Source: Okeania sp. (GTDB lineage: Bacteria; Cyanobacteriota; Cyanobacteriia; Cyanobacteriales; Microcoleaceae). Taken from it: a DNA stretch of 32,000 nucleotides. The position numbers were made by a program, and so were the translations under genes. Below, piece by piece: positions 1 to 8,867 of this stretch (position 1 is its first letter; every line of letters begins with the position of its first letter). The notes under the pieces were generated by a model. It saw only the letters and a list, made by a program, of their open reading frames with translations, searched no databases and was not told the origin of the DNA. The stretch lies in NCBI RefSeq assembly GCF_035285525.1, contig NZ_JAYKGW010000171.1, positions 47,436 to 79,435 of the forward strand. The letters are read 5' to 3'.

Positions 1-3000
1 GATGTCAGTTATAAAGACTTAACAGATGGTGGTTATGAAGTCAAACTAGATAATTTTGATTTGCAGAAATTTGTCAAAGATACCACCAAAGTCGAGTTAC
101 CTATAGATGCCAAAGTAGATGATGCAGTAATTAAAATTACCAAAGTCACCAAAGGCGAGCAAGAGGTAAATAATTATGATATCAGCGGTAAGATAAATAA
201 CGCCGATGTCAGTTATAAAGACTTAACAGATGGTGGTTATGAAGTCAAATTTGATGACGAGTTAGACCTGAGTGCTGTGGTGAAGGCAGCAGCTAACGAT
301 CCTAATTTACCAATTCCTTCCCTCAGCTTAAATAAACCTAGTCTGACTTACAGCAAGGATGACTCTGAGACAAAATATAGTTTCACCCTGGCAGATGAGT
401 CATCAATTAGCTACACCAAAAAATCTAATAACGATTATGAGTTTATCGTAGATCATTTCCCCATTGGTAAATTAAGCGAATGGATTGACACTGATCTGGG
501 CATCTCTGGTGCTAGTGAAGTCTTTAAAGGGAACCTTGATGTTGAAATCAGCCCCAATAAGAAAGAAATAGTTTTAGATGGCACTGTAGATTTTGGCAAG
601 TTTATGAAACCGCTCATTAATTATGATGTTTCTTGGAAAGTTAATAAACCTACCTTAAGCTACACAACTCTAGGGGGAGAAACTAAATACAGTTTCTCAG
701 ATACGAGCAAATCTATTAGCTACGCCAAAGATGCTAAAGGGCAAACTACTTTTAAGGTTGATAACTTCCCAATAGGAGATATCGCTAATGTCGTTGCTAG
801 CGGACTAGGATTAAGCAGTAGTAATTTACCAAAATGGATAGTTGATGCGACAATCAGTCCCACTGAGAAGAGTTTAAGTGTTGATGGCGAAATTGCTGTC
901 AAAGACTTTGCAGACTTCGTAGGGTTAAATTTACCAGATGGATTAAATTTAAGTTTGAAAAACCCCAATCTTAGCGTCAAAGGGACAGATAAAAATAAGA
1001 GCTTCGATTTTTCAGGAACCGGGACACTGACTTTACCTAAAGACTCTTTTGATGATTTTACAGAAATTGCCGATTTGTTACCAGGTATAGAGGCAACAGC
1101 TTCAGGGTTAGAGGTATCGGGAGATATTGCAGTTAGCAAATTAAGCTCTGGTGATATTGGATTGCAATTGGGAGTGCCAGTGCTAGGAGCTATCCGGTTA
1201 GAGCGCGAAAACGATAAATGGAAATTAGCAGCTATAGAGGATGGCGATCGCCTAACCATAGCAGACTTAGGAGTAGTCGCCACCAACGACGAATACAGTT
1301 TTACAGATTTATTTAACTATGAATTTAAGGGTGATGCCAATCTGGGATTAAAAACCAAGACGAGCATAGAAGGTAACTCAGCTTTCCCTTCTTTTAATGT
1401 TGATATCGCTGCCGATCTACCTTTATTTAACTATGGCAGTCAGGAAGAAGCAGATGATCGAGGTTTCGATATTGCCTTCAATAATCTCGAAATCGACCTC
1501 GGCACCTTCTTGAGCGACCTTGCTAAACCTGTAGTCGTTGAAGTTGACAGAATTATCGATCCGATTAAGCCAGTTATTAAAGCTCTACAAGCTGATACTA
1601 AGTTACTGTCCAAATTAAAGTTAGAAAGCAAGTTTGATAAAGATGGAAAACCAGGTGTATCTATATTAGAGATTGCGGAAACACTACTTCCTGAAAACAA
1701 AAAAATACAAACAGCAATTACATTTGCCAAGACTGTCAGCGGAATAGTTGATACAGTTGATGCTTTAAATAAGCAGGAAGGCAATAAAAGAATTCCTTTA
1801 GGAAGCTACAATCTAGATGATTTTAAAGCTGCAAGTCAGGATGATGCTGATGATGCCAGCAAGAAGAGTGACTCCATTAAGTTAGATACAGATGATAAAT
1901 CGAAAGACACATCCGAGGATAAATCGAAAGATAAATCTACACCAGAAGAACAAGCAAAAGAAAATGAGGCTTATAAGTCATTTAGTTCTTTAGAAGGAAT
2001 TTCTATTCCTTTGATTGAGAAACCTATCAATGCAGCTTACTTGCTTTTAGGAAAAAATGTGGATTTGATTAAGTATGATATTCCCGATCTTGAATTTGGT
2101 TTTGAACTCAGCCAAAGTTTCCCCTTTTGGACTCCGCCTCTAATTTCCGGCAAATTAGGAGGAGGTATTACGGCGAAAACAGACCTAGCCATTGGTTTTG
2201 ATACTTACGGTGTTAATCAATGGTGGAAAAAATATAATTTCGATCCTGCTAAAGCTTATTTAGTATTTGATGGTTTCTACTTAGACGACTTTGACAAAGA
2301 CGGCAAGGATAAGCCGGAGTTCAGTTTGGACGGTGACATTAGTGCAGGCGTGAATGTCAGCATATTAGCCGCCTCTGCTGAAGTAAAAGGTGGTGTTGAT
2401 GGCAATGTTAGTTTTGATGTCGAAGATGTGGGCGAGAAAACTGGTAAAAACGATGGTAAAATCCGAGGTTCGGAAATTCTTTCTCGAATTAACGACCCAT
2501 TATCCTTATTTGAGCTTTACGGTAAGATCGATGCTTACCTCAAAGGAGAAGCTAAAGTTTTTGGTTTGGGAACAGTTTGGGAGAAAGAATTTGCTCGTTT
2601 CAACTTAGCAGAATTCCGTATCGACAAATCAGGTGCTAGTGCTTCCGCTATTGGTGGCAAATATTCTACCAGTTATATTGCTGATGCCACTATCTTCCTA
2701 GATGCCAACCTCAACGGATTACTAGACGACAATGAACCTGTCACCGTCACTGATAGCAATGGTAACTACAACCTAGAATTTGACATCGAATACTACGATA
2801 CTAACGGCAATGGAAAATTGGATGCAGAAGAAGGGCAAATAGTTGCCATGGGGGGTGTCGATACTTCCAGTGGCGTGAACATTACCACTCAAATGGTGGG
2901 CAGCGTAGAATCTGCAGTGCTAACACCTCTAACTAACCTACAAAAGTTTTTAGTCCAAGAAGAATATGTAGCATCTAACAAAGCAGCCGACAAACTGATG

Positions 3001-6000
3001 ACTGAGAAATTAGATTTACCAAAAGGAGGAAGTTTAGCAGACAACGACCCCATAGCTGATATTGGTGACGACCAAGGGTTAGTCCAGAAAGTAGGTGTAG
3101 AATTTTATCTAGCTCATGTGGAATTGCAAAATATCATCGTTCATGCTAACGCTTTGGTTCAAGGTGTTAATTCTGAAATTGATTCTATCTACTTAGAGAA
3201 AATCGTCACTCAAGGGTTAGCTGAAGCATTGACATCTGAGAAAGTAAGTTTCGACCTCAGCAATGCTGAGGATGTAGAATTTATATTAAAAGAAATTGCT
3301 GCACAAAGCACTAAACCAGATATTGCCAATGGTGAAGAAGAAGAAGGCACTAAACCAGATATTGCCAATGGTGAAGAGATATCTGCTGATATCATCGAAA
3401 CAGTAGCCGAAATGGTGGCTGAAGCTAACGCCCTCATTGATGAAATGGCAACCGCAGCAGAAAAACAAAGTCTCGAACTGGTGATGCCAACTGTTGCTCC
3501 CGTTAAGCGATCTACCCAAGGAGAACTGACGAAAATCACAAAAGAACTTGCTGCGGGCAAATCAACTCCCGAAACTGCACAAGAGCAATTTACAACCCAG
3601 CTAGAAGAAAGCAACCGGTTGGAGCCACAACTCATTAGTGATACTCGCAAGGTCAAAGTTTACTCCACAGGAGATGGGGAGATAGATGAAAACACTGGTA
3701 AAACTATTGACATCGTTATTGAATTAGGAGAACCAGCACCAAATCAAGGTGTGAATATTCTCTACAATATTTCCGGTACTGCTACCGAAGGGGAAGATTA
3801 TCAAATAGTAGGACTACCTAATGGTGGTTCCGAAATTTACATAGAACCAGGAGAAACTCAAAAAACTATAACTATCTCTCCCGAAAACGATGAGATTAGC
3901 GAGCTAACAGAATTTATCACTTTGAATCTCCGGTACGCAGCGGAAAGTTTTGTCATAGATTCGGAAATGCAAACTGCTGTGGTTCGGATTATTGATGATG
4001 AAGAACTAACAACTGGAGATCAACCAGAAGGAATATGGAAACCAGGAACAGTTGACGATGATACTTTAGTGGGCACAAAAAAACAAGACACCTTGAGTGG
4101 TAATTATGGTAACGACTCTATCAAGGGTAAGGCAGGTGCAGATGTCCTCCAAGGTAGTCATGGCAATGACACCATTATTGGTGGAACTGGTTCAGATGTT
4201 GTTGAAGGCAACTATGGCGATGACCTCCTTCAAGGAAACCAAGGAAATGACCAAATTCATGGGGGTTCTGGGGTAGATAGAATTTCCGGTGGTGCAGATA
4301 ACGATGACATTTATGGTGGTGCAGATGATGACAATATTTCTGGTGGTGCAGGCAATGACAATATTTCTGGTGATACAGGCAATGATAATATTTCTGGTGA
4401 TGCTAATAATGACTGGATACAAGGCGGTGTTGGTAACGATGTCATCACTGGTGGCGAAGGTCAAGATGTAGTCAATGGAGGTGATGGGGCAGATTACTTT
4501 GTCTTAAAATCTCCAGAGGAAGGATTAGATATAGTAGTTGACTTCGATCCGACTCAGGGTGACAAAATTATTATTGACTCTGCTGGTTTCAACAATCCTA
4601 CCCTGGAGGATTTCCAATTCCTCAATGGTTACTTGTATTTCCAAAAGCAACAAATTGCTCTGATCCAAAATGAAGGAGTTAGCTACAACTACTTCTCATA
4701 TTTATCAGAAATTCTGGAAATCAAAAACACTAAAACTCTGAAAACTCCGGTTAGTCCTAAAGTTACAATCCAAGAAACAGAGGGCGCTGAAGCAGAAGAA
4801 CCATCAACATCTTCTAATATTGTCTCTCGTAAAGAACCAGCCAATTTGTTCGCAGAAATATTACAGAGGGGTGTTGTCAAAGTGGGAGTTGTAAATAATC
4901 CCGTAGTTTATGAGGAACTAGAAGATGGAACAGCGCGGGGAACAGGTGCTGAATTGGGTAAAACATTAGCAAGTGCCCTGTTTGGTGATGAGAATGCAGT
5001 TGAGTATGTACTTTTAGACTTTAACCAAGGGTTTGAAGCAGTAGCTAACAAAGAAGTTGATATTCTAGATTCGGGAGCAACTTACAACCTAGTCAGAGAT
5101 GCTCTATTAGATATTGACTTTGCTCCAGTTCGCTTTTATGATAACGATGCAATAATTGTTAAAGCTGATAGGGATATTGATAATGCTCAAGAACTCCAAG
5201 GTTTGACTATTGGTGTATTTGCCGGTTCGACTACGGAGCAAAATCTCAAAGATTTCTTAGCCGAAAATAGTATAGAAGTTGAGATCATAAGCTTTAGTAG
5301 CAAGCAAGATATATTTGTATCTTATGATAACGGTGAGATAGATGCAGTAGCAAGCGATCGTACTGTTTTAGCAAGCTTGATTCCCACTTTCTCTAATCCC
5401 GACAACCACAAAATACTAGACGAAGAAATTTCGGAAGGACCTTTAGCACCAATCCTGCCAGAAAATGAATCAGAGTGGGCAGATGTGGTGCGTTGGGTAA
5501 CTTATGTACCTATTCAAGCTGAAGAATTTGCCATTACCTCTAAAAACATTGACCAAGTGAAAGCCGATAGCCAAGACCCAGCTATACGTCGCTTCTTAGG
5601 ATTAGGTGGCAATTTAGAAGGTAATTTAGGGGAAACCCTCGGTTTACCCGCAGACTTCGCAGAAAATGTAATTAAATCTGTTGGTAATTACGATGAAATA
5701 TATAAACGTGTTTTCCCTGGTTTAGAACGTAAACGCAACCATCTCTGGACTAACGAAGGTTTACATTACTCACTACCTTTCTCCGGTACAACAATTTCAT
5801 CAGAATTGATTAATAATGATGAACGAGGTCTTCTGCAGGAAATATTGGAGCGTGGTGTGGTAAATGTAGGTCTCCCTGGTAATAGTCCTGGTTTTGGTGA
5901 ACAAAGAGAAGGAGAATGGCAAGGCTTTGATGTTGATTTAGGTCGCGCATTAGCAGCAGCTTTATTTGGCGATCCTGATCGAGTTAATTTTGTGGAACAG

Positions 6001-7734
6001 GATTTTGCTAAGGGTTTCCCCAATGTAGCCAATGGTAAAGTAGATGTTTCGGCAATGGCTGTTTCCCACAACTTAGTACGAGATGCAGGTTTAGGTATCG
6101 ACTACGGTCCTACCTATCTCTATACCGGACAAGGAATATTAGTCAGAAATAATAGTGGTATCACTTCTTTGCCCATGTTAAATGGTCTGAGAATAGGAGT
6201 GGTAGCAGAAAGGACTACTAAGCAAAATCTGGAAGATAACTTGGCAAAAATAGGAGGTACCTTTGTTCCCGTAGAATTTAACAGCAATAAGGACCTGTTT
6301 GCTGCCTATGAAAGTAATGAAATAGATGCCCTAGCAACAGATTTAACGATTATTGCTACCAGGATTAATGATTTTTCTAATCCTTCGGAACATCGCATCT
6401 TAAATGAAGTCTTGTCTAAAGAACCTTTAGCATTAGTGATTGATGAAAATCAGTCAGACTGGGCAGATGTTGTCCGATGGGTGACTCATACTCTGGTACA
6501 AGCAGAAGAATTTGGCATTACTCAAGAAAATGTAGATGATGTTATTGCTAATAGCGAAAATCTCCAGATTCGTCGTTTCTTAGGTTTAGAAGAAAATATA
6601 GGCGAAACTCTAGGTTTACCTAAAGATTACGCGGTACAAATAATTAAAGCTGTGGGTAACTATGGGGAAGCTTACGATCGCCACTTTAATAAGTTTAATA
6701 GCAATATTTTGCCTCGGGGTACTAACGAATTATTGAGCGACTTTGGCTTACAATATGCTTATCCTTTGGGAGTACCTCCAGTTACTGAAGATGAACCAAC
6801 TGTCCCTATTCAGGAAGACTCTTCGCCACAACAACAAGATGATGAAATTGATGCTGCTGATACTACCACACCTGATGAGACTGAAGATACAGAGACGTCT
6901 GATGAAACTCAAGACACAGAGGATACTACGTCTGATGAGACTGAAGATACAGAAAGTACCATATCTGATGAGACTGAAGATACAGAAAATACCTCAACTC
7001 TAGAAGATGAAACAGGAGAACAGACAACTCTCGACCCTAATGATGGACAAGAGTCTATAGAAGAGGAAGTAGAAGCAGGTCAAGTTACAATAGGTACTGA
7101 TGGTAGCAATACTTTGTCAGGCGGTTCGGACAATAATGTGCTTTACGGTATGCGGGATGACGATGTGCTTTATGGTAATGCAGGAGAGGACACTACTTAT
7201 GGTGGTAAAGGGAATGACCTAATTATTGGAGGCGACGGTGACGACCTTCTTTATGGAAATAATGACAATGATACTATTGAAGGTGAAGGGGGTAACGATG
7301 AAGTTCATGGTAATCGTGGATTAGATTTTATTAATGGTGGCGATGGTGACGATCTACTTTATGGTGGTAAAGATTCTGATCGTATTTTGGGAGGTGCAGA
7401 TAACGACACTATCTTTGGCGATCAGGGTAATGACTTATTAGAAGGTAATGAAGGGGATGATTTGATTGATGGTGGTGAGGGAGATAATACTCTTAGTGGT
7501 GGTCAGGGTGGCGATCGCTTTGTATTAGCTCCAGGTAACAGCAATCTGATTCTAGATTTTGAGGATGGTATTGATTTCTTACAGCTTGAAGATGGTATTG
7601 CTTTTGAGGATTTGACTTTAACTGAAGAATCAGGAAACACTGTGGTTGAGTTGAACTCGGAACGCTTGGCTATTGTTTCGGGGGTAGCTTCTGGTTTGCT
7701 AACAGCAGAAGATTTTCTCATTGCTGAAAGTTAA
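1..7734 (+). CDS. Giant secreted multidomain protein, 5'-partial (repeat modules / Calx-beta / RTX / 2x solute-binding domain / acidic repeats / RTX plus C-terminal tail)
   Basis: Frame 1 is open from nt 1, and the listed start at 61 is only the first TTG. Stop is TAA 7732-7734. The ORF contains GGxGxD nonapeptide runs, a Calx-beta-like segment and AapJ-like segments in one uninterrupted 7.7-kb reading frame. Confidence 0.9.
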   Translation, partial: DVSYKDLTDGGYEVKLDNFDLQKFVKDTTKVELPIDAKVDDAVIKITKVTKGEQEVNNYDISGKINNADVSYKDLTDGGYEVKFDDELDLSAVVKAAANDPNLPIPSLSLNKPSLTYSKDDSETKYSFTLADESSISYTKKSNNDYEFIVDHFPIGKLSEWIDTDLGISGASEVFKGNLDVEISPNKKEIVLDGTVDFGKFMKPLINYDVSWKVNKPTLSYTTLGGETKYSFSDTSKSISYAKDAKGQTTFKVDNFPIGDIANVVASGLGLSSSNLPKWIVDATISPTEKSLSVDGEIAVKDFADFVGLNLPDGLNLSLKNPNLSVKGTDKNKSFDFSGTGTLTLPKDSFDDFTEIADLLPGIEATASGLEVSGDIAVSKLSSGDIGLQLGVPVLGAIRLERENDKWKLAAIEDGDRLTIADLGVVATNDEYSFTDLFNYEFKGDANLGLKTKTSIEGNSAFPSFNVDIAADLPLFNYGSQEEADDRGFDIAFNNLEIDLGTFLSDLAKPVVVEVDRIIDPIKPVIKALQADTKLLSKLKLESKFDKDGKPGVSILEIAETLLPENKKIQTAITFAKTVSGIVDTVDALNKQEGNKRIPLGSYNLDDFKAASQDDADDASKKSDSIKLDTDDKSKDTSEDKSKDKSTPEEQAKENEAYKSFSSLEGISIPLIEKPINAAYLLLGKNVDLIKYDIPDLEFGFELSQSFPFWTPPLISGKLGGGITAKTDLAIGFDTYGVNQWWKKYNFDPAKAYLVFDGFYLDDFDKDGKDKPEFSLDGDISAGVNVSILAASAEVKGGVDGNVSFDVEDVGEKTGKNDGKIRGSEILSRINDPLSLFELYGKIDAYLKGEAKVFGLGTVWEKEFARFNLAEFRIDKSGASASAIGGKYSTSYIADATIFLDANLNGLLDDNEPVTVTDSNGNYNLEFDIEYYDTNGNGKLDAEEGQIVAMGGVDTSSGVNITTQMVGSVESAVLTPLTNLQKFLVQEEYVASNKAADKLMTEKLDLPKGGSLADNDPIADIGDDQGLVQKVGVEFYLAHVELQNIIVHANALVQGVNSEIDSIYLEKIVTQGLAEALTSEKVSFDLSNAEDVEFILKEIAAQSTKPDIANGEEEEGTKPDIANGEEISADIIETVAEMVAEANALIDEMATAAEKQSLELVMPTVAPVKRSTQGELTKITKELAAGKSTPETAQEQFTTQLEESNRLEPQLISDTRKVKVYSTGDGEIDENTGKTIDIVIELGEPAPNQGVNILYNISGTATEGEDYQIVGLPNGGSEIYIEPGETQKTITISPENDEISELTEFITLNLRYAAESFVIDSEMQTAVVRIIDDEELTTGDQPEGIWKPGTVDDDTLVGTKKQDTLSGNYGNDSIKGKAGADVLQGSHGNDTIIGGTGSDVVEGNYGDDLLQGNQGNDQIHGGSGVDRISGGADNDDIYGGADDDNISGGAGNDNISGDTGNDNISGDANNDWIQGGVGNDVITGGEGQDVVNGGDGADYFVLKSPEEGLDIVVDFDPTQGDKIIIDSAGFNNPTLEDFQFLNGYLYFQKQQIALIQNEGVSYNYFSYLSEILEIKNTKTLKTPVSPKVTIQETEGAEAEEPSTSSNIVSRKEPANLFAEILQRGVVKVGVVNNPVVYEELEDGTARGTGAELGKTLASALFGDENAVEYVLLDFNQGFEAVANKEVDILDSGATYNLVRDALLDIDFAPVRFYDNDAIIVKADRDIDNAQELQGLTIGVFAGSTTEQNLKDFLAENSIEVEIISFSSKQDIFVSYDNGEIDAVASDRTVLASLIPTFSNPDNHKILDEEISEGPLAPILPENESEWADVVRWVTYVPIQAEEFAITSKNIDQVKADSQDPAIRRFLGLGGNLEGNLGETLGLPADFAENVIKSVGNYDEIYKRVFPGLERKRNHLWTNEGLHYSLPFSGTTISSELINNDERGLLQEILERGVVNVGLPGNSPGFGEQREGEWQGFDVDLGRALAAALFGDPDRVNFVEQDFAKGFPNVANGKVDVSAMAVSHNLVRDAGLGIDYGPTYLYTGQGILVRNNSGITSLPMLNGLRIGVVAERTTKQNLEDNLAKIGGTFVPVEFNSNKDLFAAYESNEIDALATDLTIIATRINDFSNPSEHRILNEVLSKEPLALVIDENQSDWADVVRWVTHTLVQAEEFGITQENVDDVIANSENLQIRRFLGLEENIGETLGLPKDYAVQIIKAVGNYGEAYDRHFNKFNSNILPRGTNELLSDFGLQYAYPLGVPPVTEDEPTVPIQEDSSPQQQDDEIDAADTTTPDETEDTETSDETQDTEDTTSDETEDTESTISDETEDTENTSTLEDETGEQTTLDPNDGQESIEEEVEAGQVTIGTDGSNTLSGGSDNNVLYGMRDDDVLYGNAGEDTTYGGKGNDLIIGGDGDDLLYGNNDNDTIEGEGGNDEVHGNRGLDFINGGDGDDLLYGGKDSDRILGGADNDTIFGDQGNDLLEGNEGDDLIDGGEGDNTLSGGQGGDRFVLAPGNSNLILDFEDGIDFLQLEDGIAFEDLTLTEESGNTVVELNSERLAIVSGVASGLLTAEDFLIAES
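331..1200 (+). repeat. Three tandem ~104-aa modules inside the giant ORF
   Basis: Units begin NKPSLTY (331), NKPTLSY (643) and KNPNLSV (958). The first two share ETKYSF, SISY.K, F.VD.FPIG and ISP..K...DG motifs. Period is 312-315 nt. Confidence 0.6.
3652..4005 (+). other. Calx-beta-like domain of the giant protein
   Basis: VKVYSTGDGE...ISGTATEGEDYQIV...IEPGETQKTITISPENDEISELTEFITLNL...VVRIIDDE matches the Calx-beta pattern GTA..G.DY...F..GE..K.......D...E..E.F. Confidence 0.7.
4056..4506 (+). other. RTX block 1 (about 14 haemolysin-type Ca-binding nonapeptides)
   Basis: GNYGNDSIKGKAGADVLQGSHGNDTIIGGTGSDVVEGNYGDDLLQGNQGNDQIHGG...GGDGADYFVL, with a 27-nt DNA periodicity. Confidence 0.85.
4846..5785 (+). 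other. Solute-binding (AapJ/BztA-like, SBP_bac_3-type) domain 1
   Basis: LQRGVVKVGV...ELGKTLASALFGD...VEYVLLDFNQGFEAVANKEVDIL...TYNLVRD...ISEGPLAPILPENESEWADVVRWVTYVPIQAEEFAITSKNIDQV...IRRFLGL...GLPADFAENVIKSVGNYDEIY...GLHYSLPF, recalled as similar along the domain length to general L-amino-acid-binding proteins. Confidence 0.75.
5830..6771 (+). other. Solute-binding (AapJ/BztA-like) domain 2
   Basis: LERGVVNVGLPGNSPGFGEQREGEWQGFDVDLGRALAAALFGDPDRVNFVEQDFAKGFPNVANGKVDV...SHNLVRDAGLGIDYGPTYLYTGQGILVR...LSKEPLALVIDENQSDWADVVRWVTHTLVQAEEFGITQENVD...IKAVGNYGEAYDRHF...GLQYAYPL. It is a paralogue of domain 1. Confidence 0.8.
6775..7075 (+). repeat. Acidic Thr/Asp/Glu-rich linker with 33-36 nt repeats
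   Basis: The DNA unit tctgatgagactgaagatacaga recurs, giving (T/S)DETEDTE repeated at the protein level. Confidence 0.7.
7093..7525 (+). other. RTX block 2 followed by a C-terminal non-repeat tail (7526-7731)
   Basis: GGSDNNVLYGMRDDDVLYGNAGEDTTYGGKGNDLIIGGDGDDLLYGNNDNDTIEGEGGNDEVHGN...GGQGGDRFVL. Terminal placement is typical of type I secretion substrates. Confidence 0.85.
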
Positions 7735-7740
7735 AGTAAT

Positions 7741-7843
7741 TAGGACTTACGCAAAGAAACCGGGTTTCTAGGATAAATTGTTGTTTTGAGCAATAGACGT
7801 CTACCCTCGTACCGGGTTTCTGGGTTCACTTGCGTAAGTCCTG
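7741..7843. mobile_element. MITE-like element, copy 1 (103 bp)
   Basis: Termini are TAGGACTTACGCAAAG...CACTTGCGTAAGTCCTG. Flanking direct repeats AGTAAT lie at 7735-7740 and 7844-7849. The interior has AGAAACCGGGTTTCT-type palindromes, and the left repeat abuts the TAA stop of the giant gene. Confidence 0.85.
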
Positions 7844-7907
7844 AGTAATATTATAGGATTTATAGGGGCAAGTGGCCATCTACTCCCTACTTCCTTAAAT
7901 AAATAAT

Positions 7908-8525
7908 ATGAAAATTCAAAAAACAACTTTAATATTAATGTTAATAGCACTTACTTTAGGAGGATTCGTTTACTTATTTGAAATTGTAGGTAAACAAAAG
8001 CAAGCAGAAATTCAAGAACAAAGAAAACGAGTGTTTGATTTTGAGGACGAACAAATTCAGGCTGTTACTATCAAACAAAAGTCAGGAATATTAACTTTAA
8101 AGATTGACGAACAAGCAGAAGAAAAATCTTGGAATATAACTGCACCTATAGCCAAAAAAGCTGATTTACAAACAGTCGAATTTTTGTTAGATGAACTAGA
8201 AAATCTCAAAAGCGATCACTCAATTACTACTTCAGTTTCTCAGTTATCAGAATATGGTTTAGAAAAACCAGAAATAACTTTAGAAATTCAACTTAAAGAT
8301 GGTAAAACAAATCGTTTATTTTTAGGTCAACCAGACTTTGATAATAGATTTATATATTCTCAATTAGAATTGGAGGGAGAAGCACCGGAAAAAGTATCTA
8401 TTTTGTTGTTATCTATCAACTTCAAAAATATAATAACTAAACCAGTTTCTGAATGGGAAGAACAAGAAAAAATTGAAGAATCATCGGATAAAACAGAAGA
8501 ATCTTTAGATAAAAAAGATGAGTGA
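7908..8525 (+). CDS. Membrane-anchored hypothetical protein, DUF4340-like
   Basis: 205-aa ORF with an N-terminal TM helix (TLILMLIALTLGGFVYLF). The remainder resembles DUF4340-family proteins from memory, and the C-terminal tail is acidic. Confidence 0.7.
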   Translation: MKIQKTTLILMLIALTLGGFVYLFEIVGKQKQAEIQEQRKRVFDFEDEQIQAVTIKQKSGILTLKIDEQAEEKSWNITAPIAKKADLQTVEFLLDELENLKSDHSITTSVSQLSEYGLEKPEITLEIQLKDGKTNRLFLGQPDFDNRFIYSQLELEGEAPEKVSILLLSINFKNIITKPVSEWEEQEKIEESSDKTEESLDKKDE

Positions 8526-8569
8526 TAAAATTAAAATTAATTTAGTATTCTAGAGGTATTTCCTGTTAT

Positions 8570-8867
8570 TTAAACAACAGCAAACTCAGTTAAATTAAGA
8601 GTTTCCAGATCGTAGAAAGGTAAAAGAATATCTTCTTTTGGTACATTTTCCCTTAATAACTCATTAGCAATTCCTTCTTCCGTCCAATCTTCCTGAATAT
8701 AAATCTTCTCATTTTTAATCCGAATATAAACAGAAATTGCTTTAATTATTTGACCATTTTTCCAACCAATATTAAACCAAGGATATTTACTTCTTTGGTC
8801 ATTAAACATTAATAGCTAATCAATATCAGGAGCGATAACCTGTTTGATAATTAATCAATTTGTACAT
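8570..8867 (-). pseudogene. xisI: xisI-like gene, disrupted
   Basis: ATG at 8867 gives MYKLINYQTGYRS then a stop. The 79-codon ORF 8570-8809 (FNIGWKNG...IYIQEDWTEEGIANELL...VPKEDILLPF...LTEFAVV) matches the XisI C-terminal two thirds. About 20 codons are missing in between. Confidence 0.7.

Noticed and set aside
720-7721. Antisense and alternative-frame ORFs within the giant gene (720-1286, 1440-1784, 2390-2608, 3210-3656, 3286-3519, 4192-4464, 4289-4471, 4689-4880, 5766-6071, 6743-7003, 7503-7721).
   Set aside because: They are embedded in a long, clearly coding frame with recognisable domains. Their translations are low-complexity or repeat shadows with no recognisable motifs.
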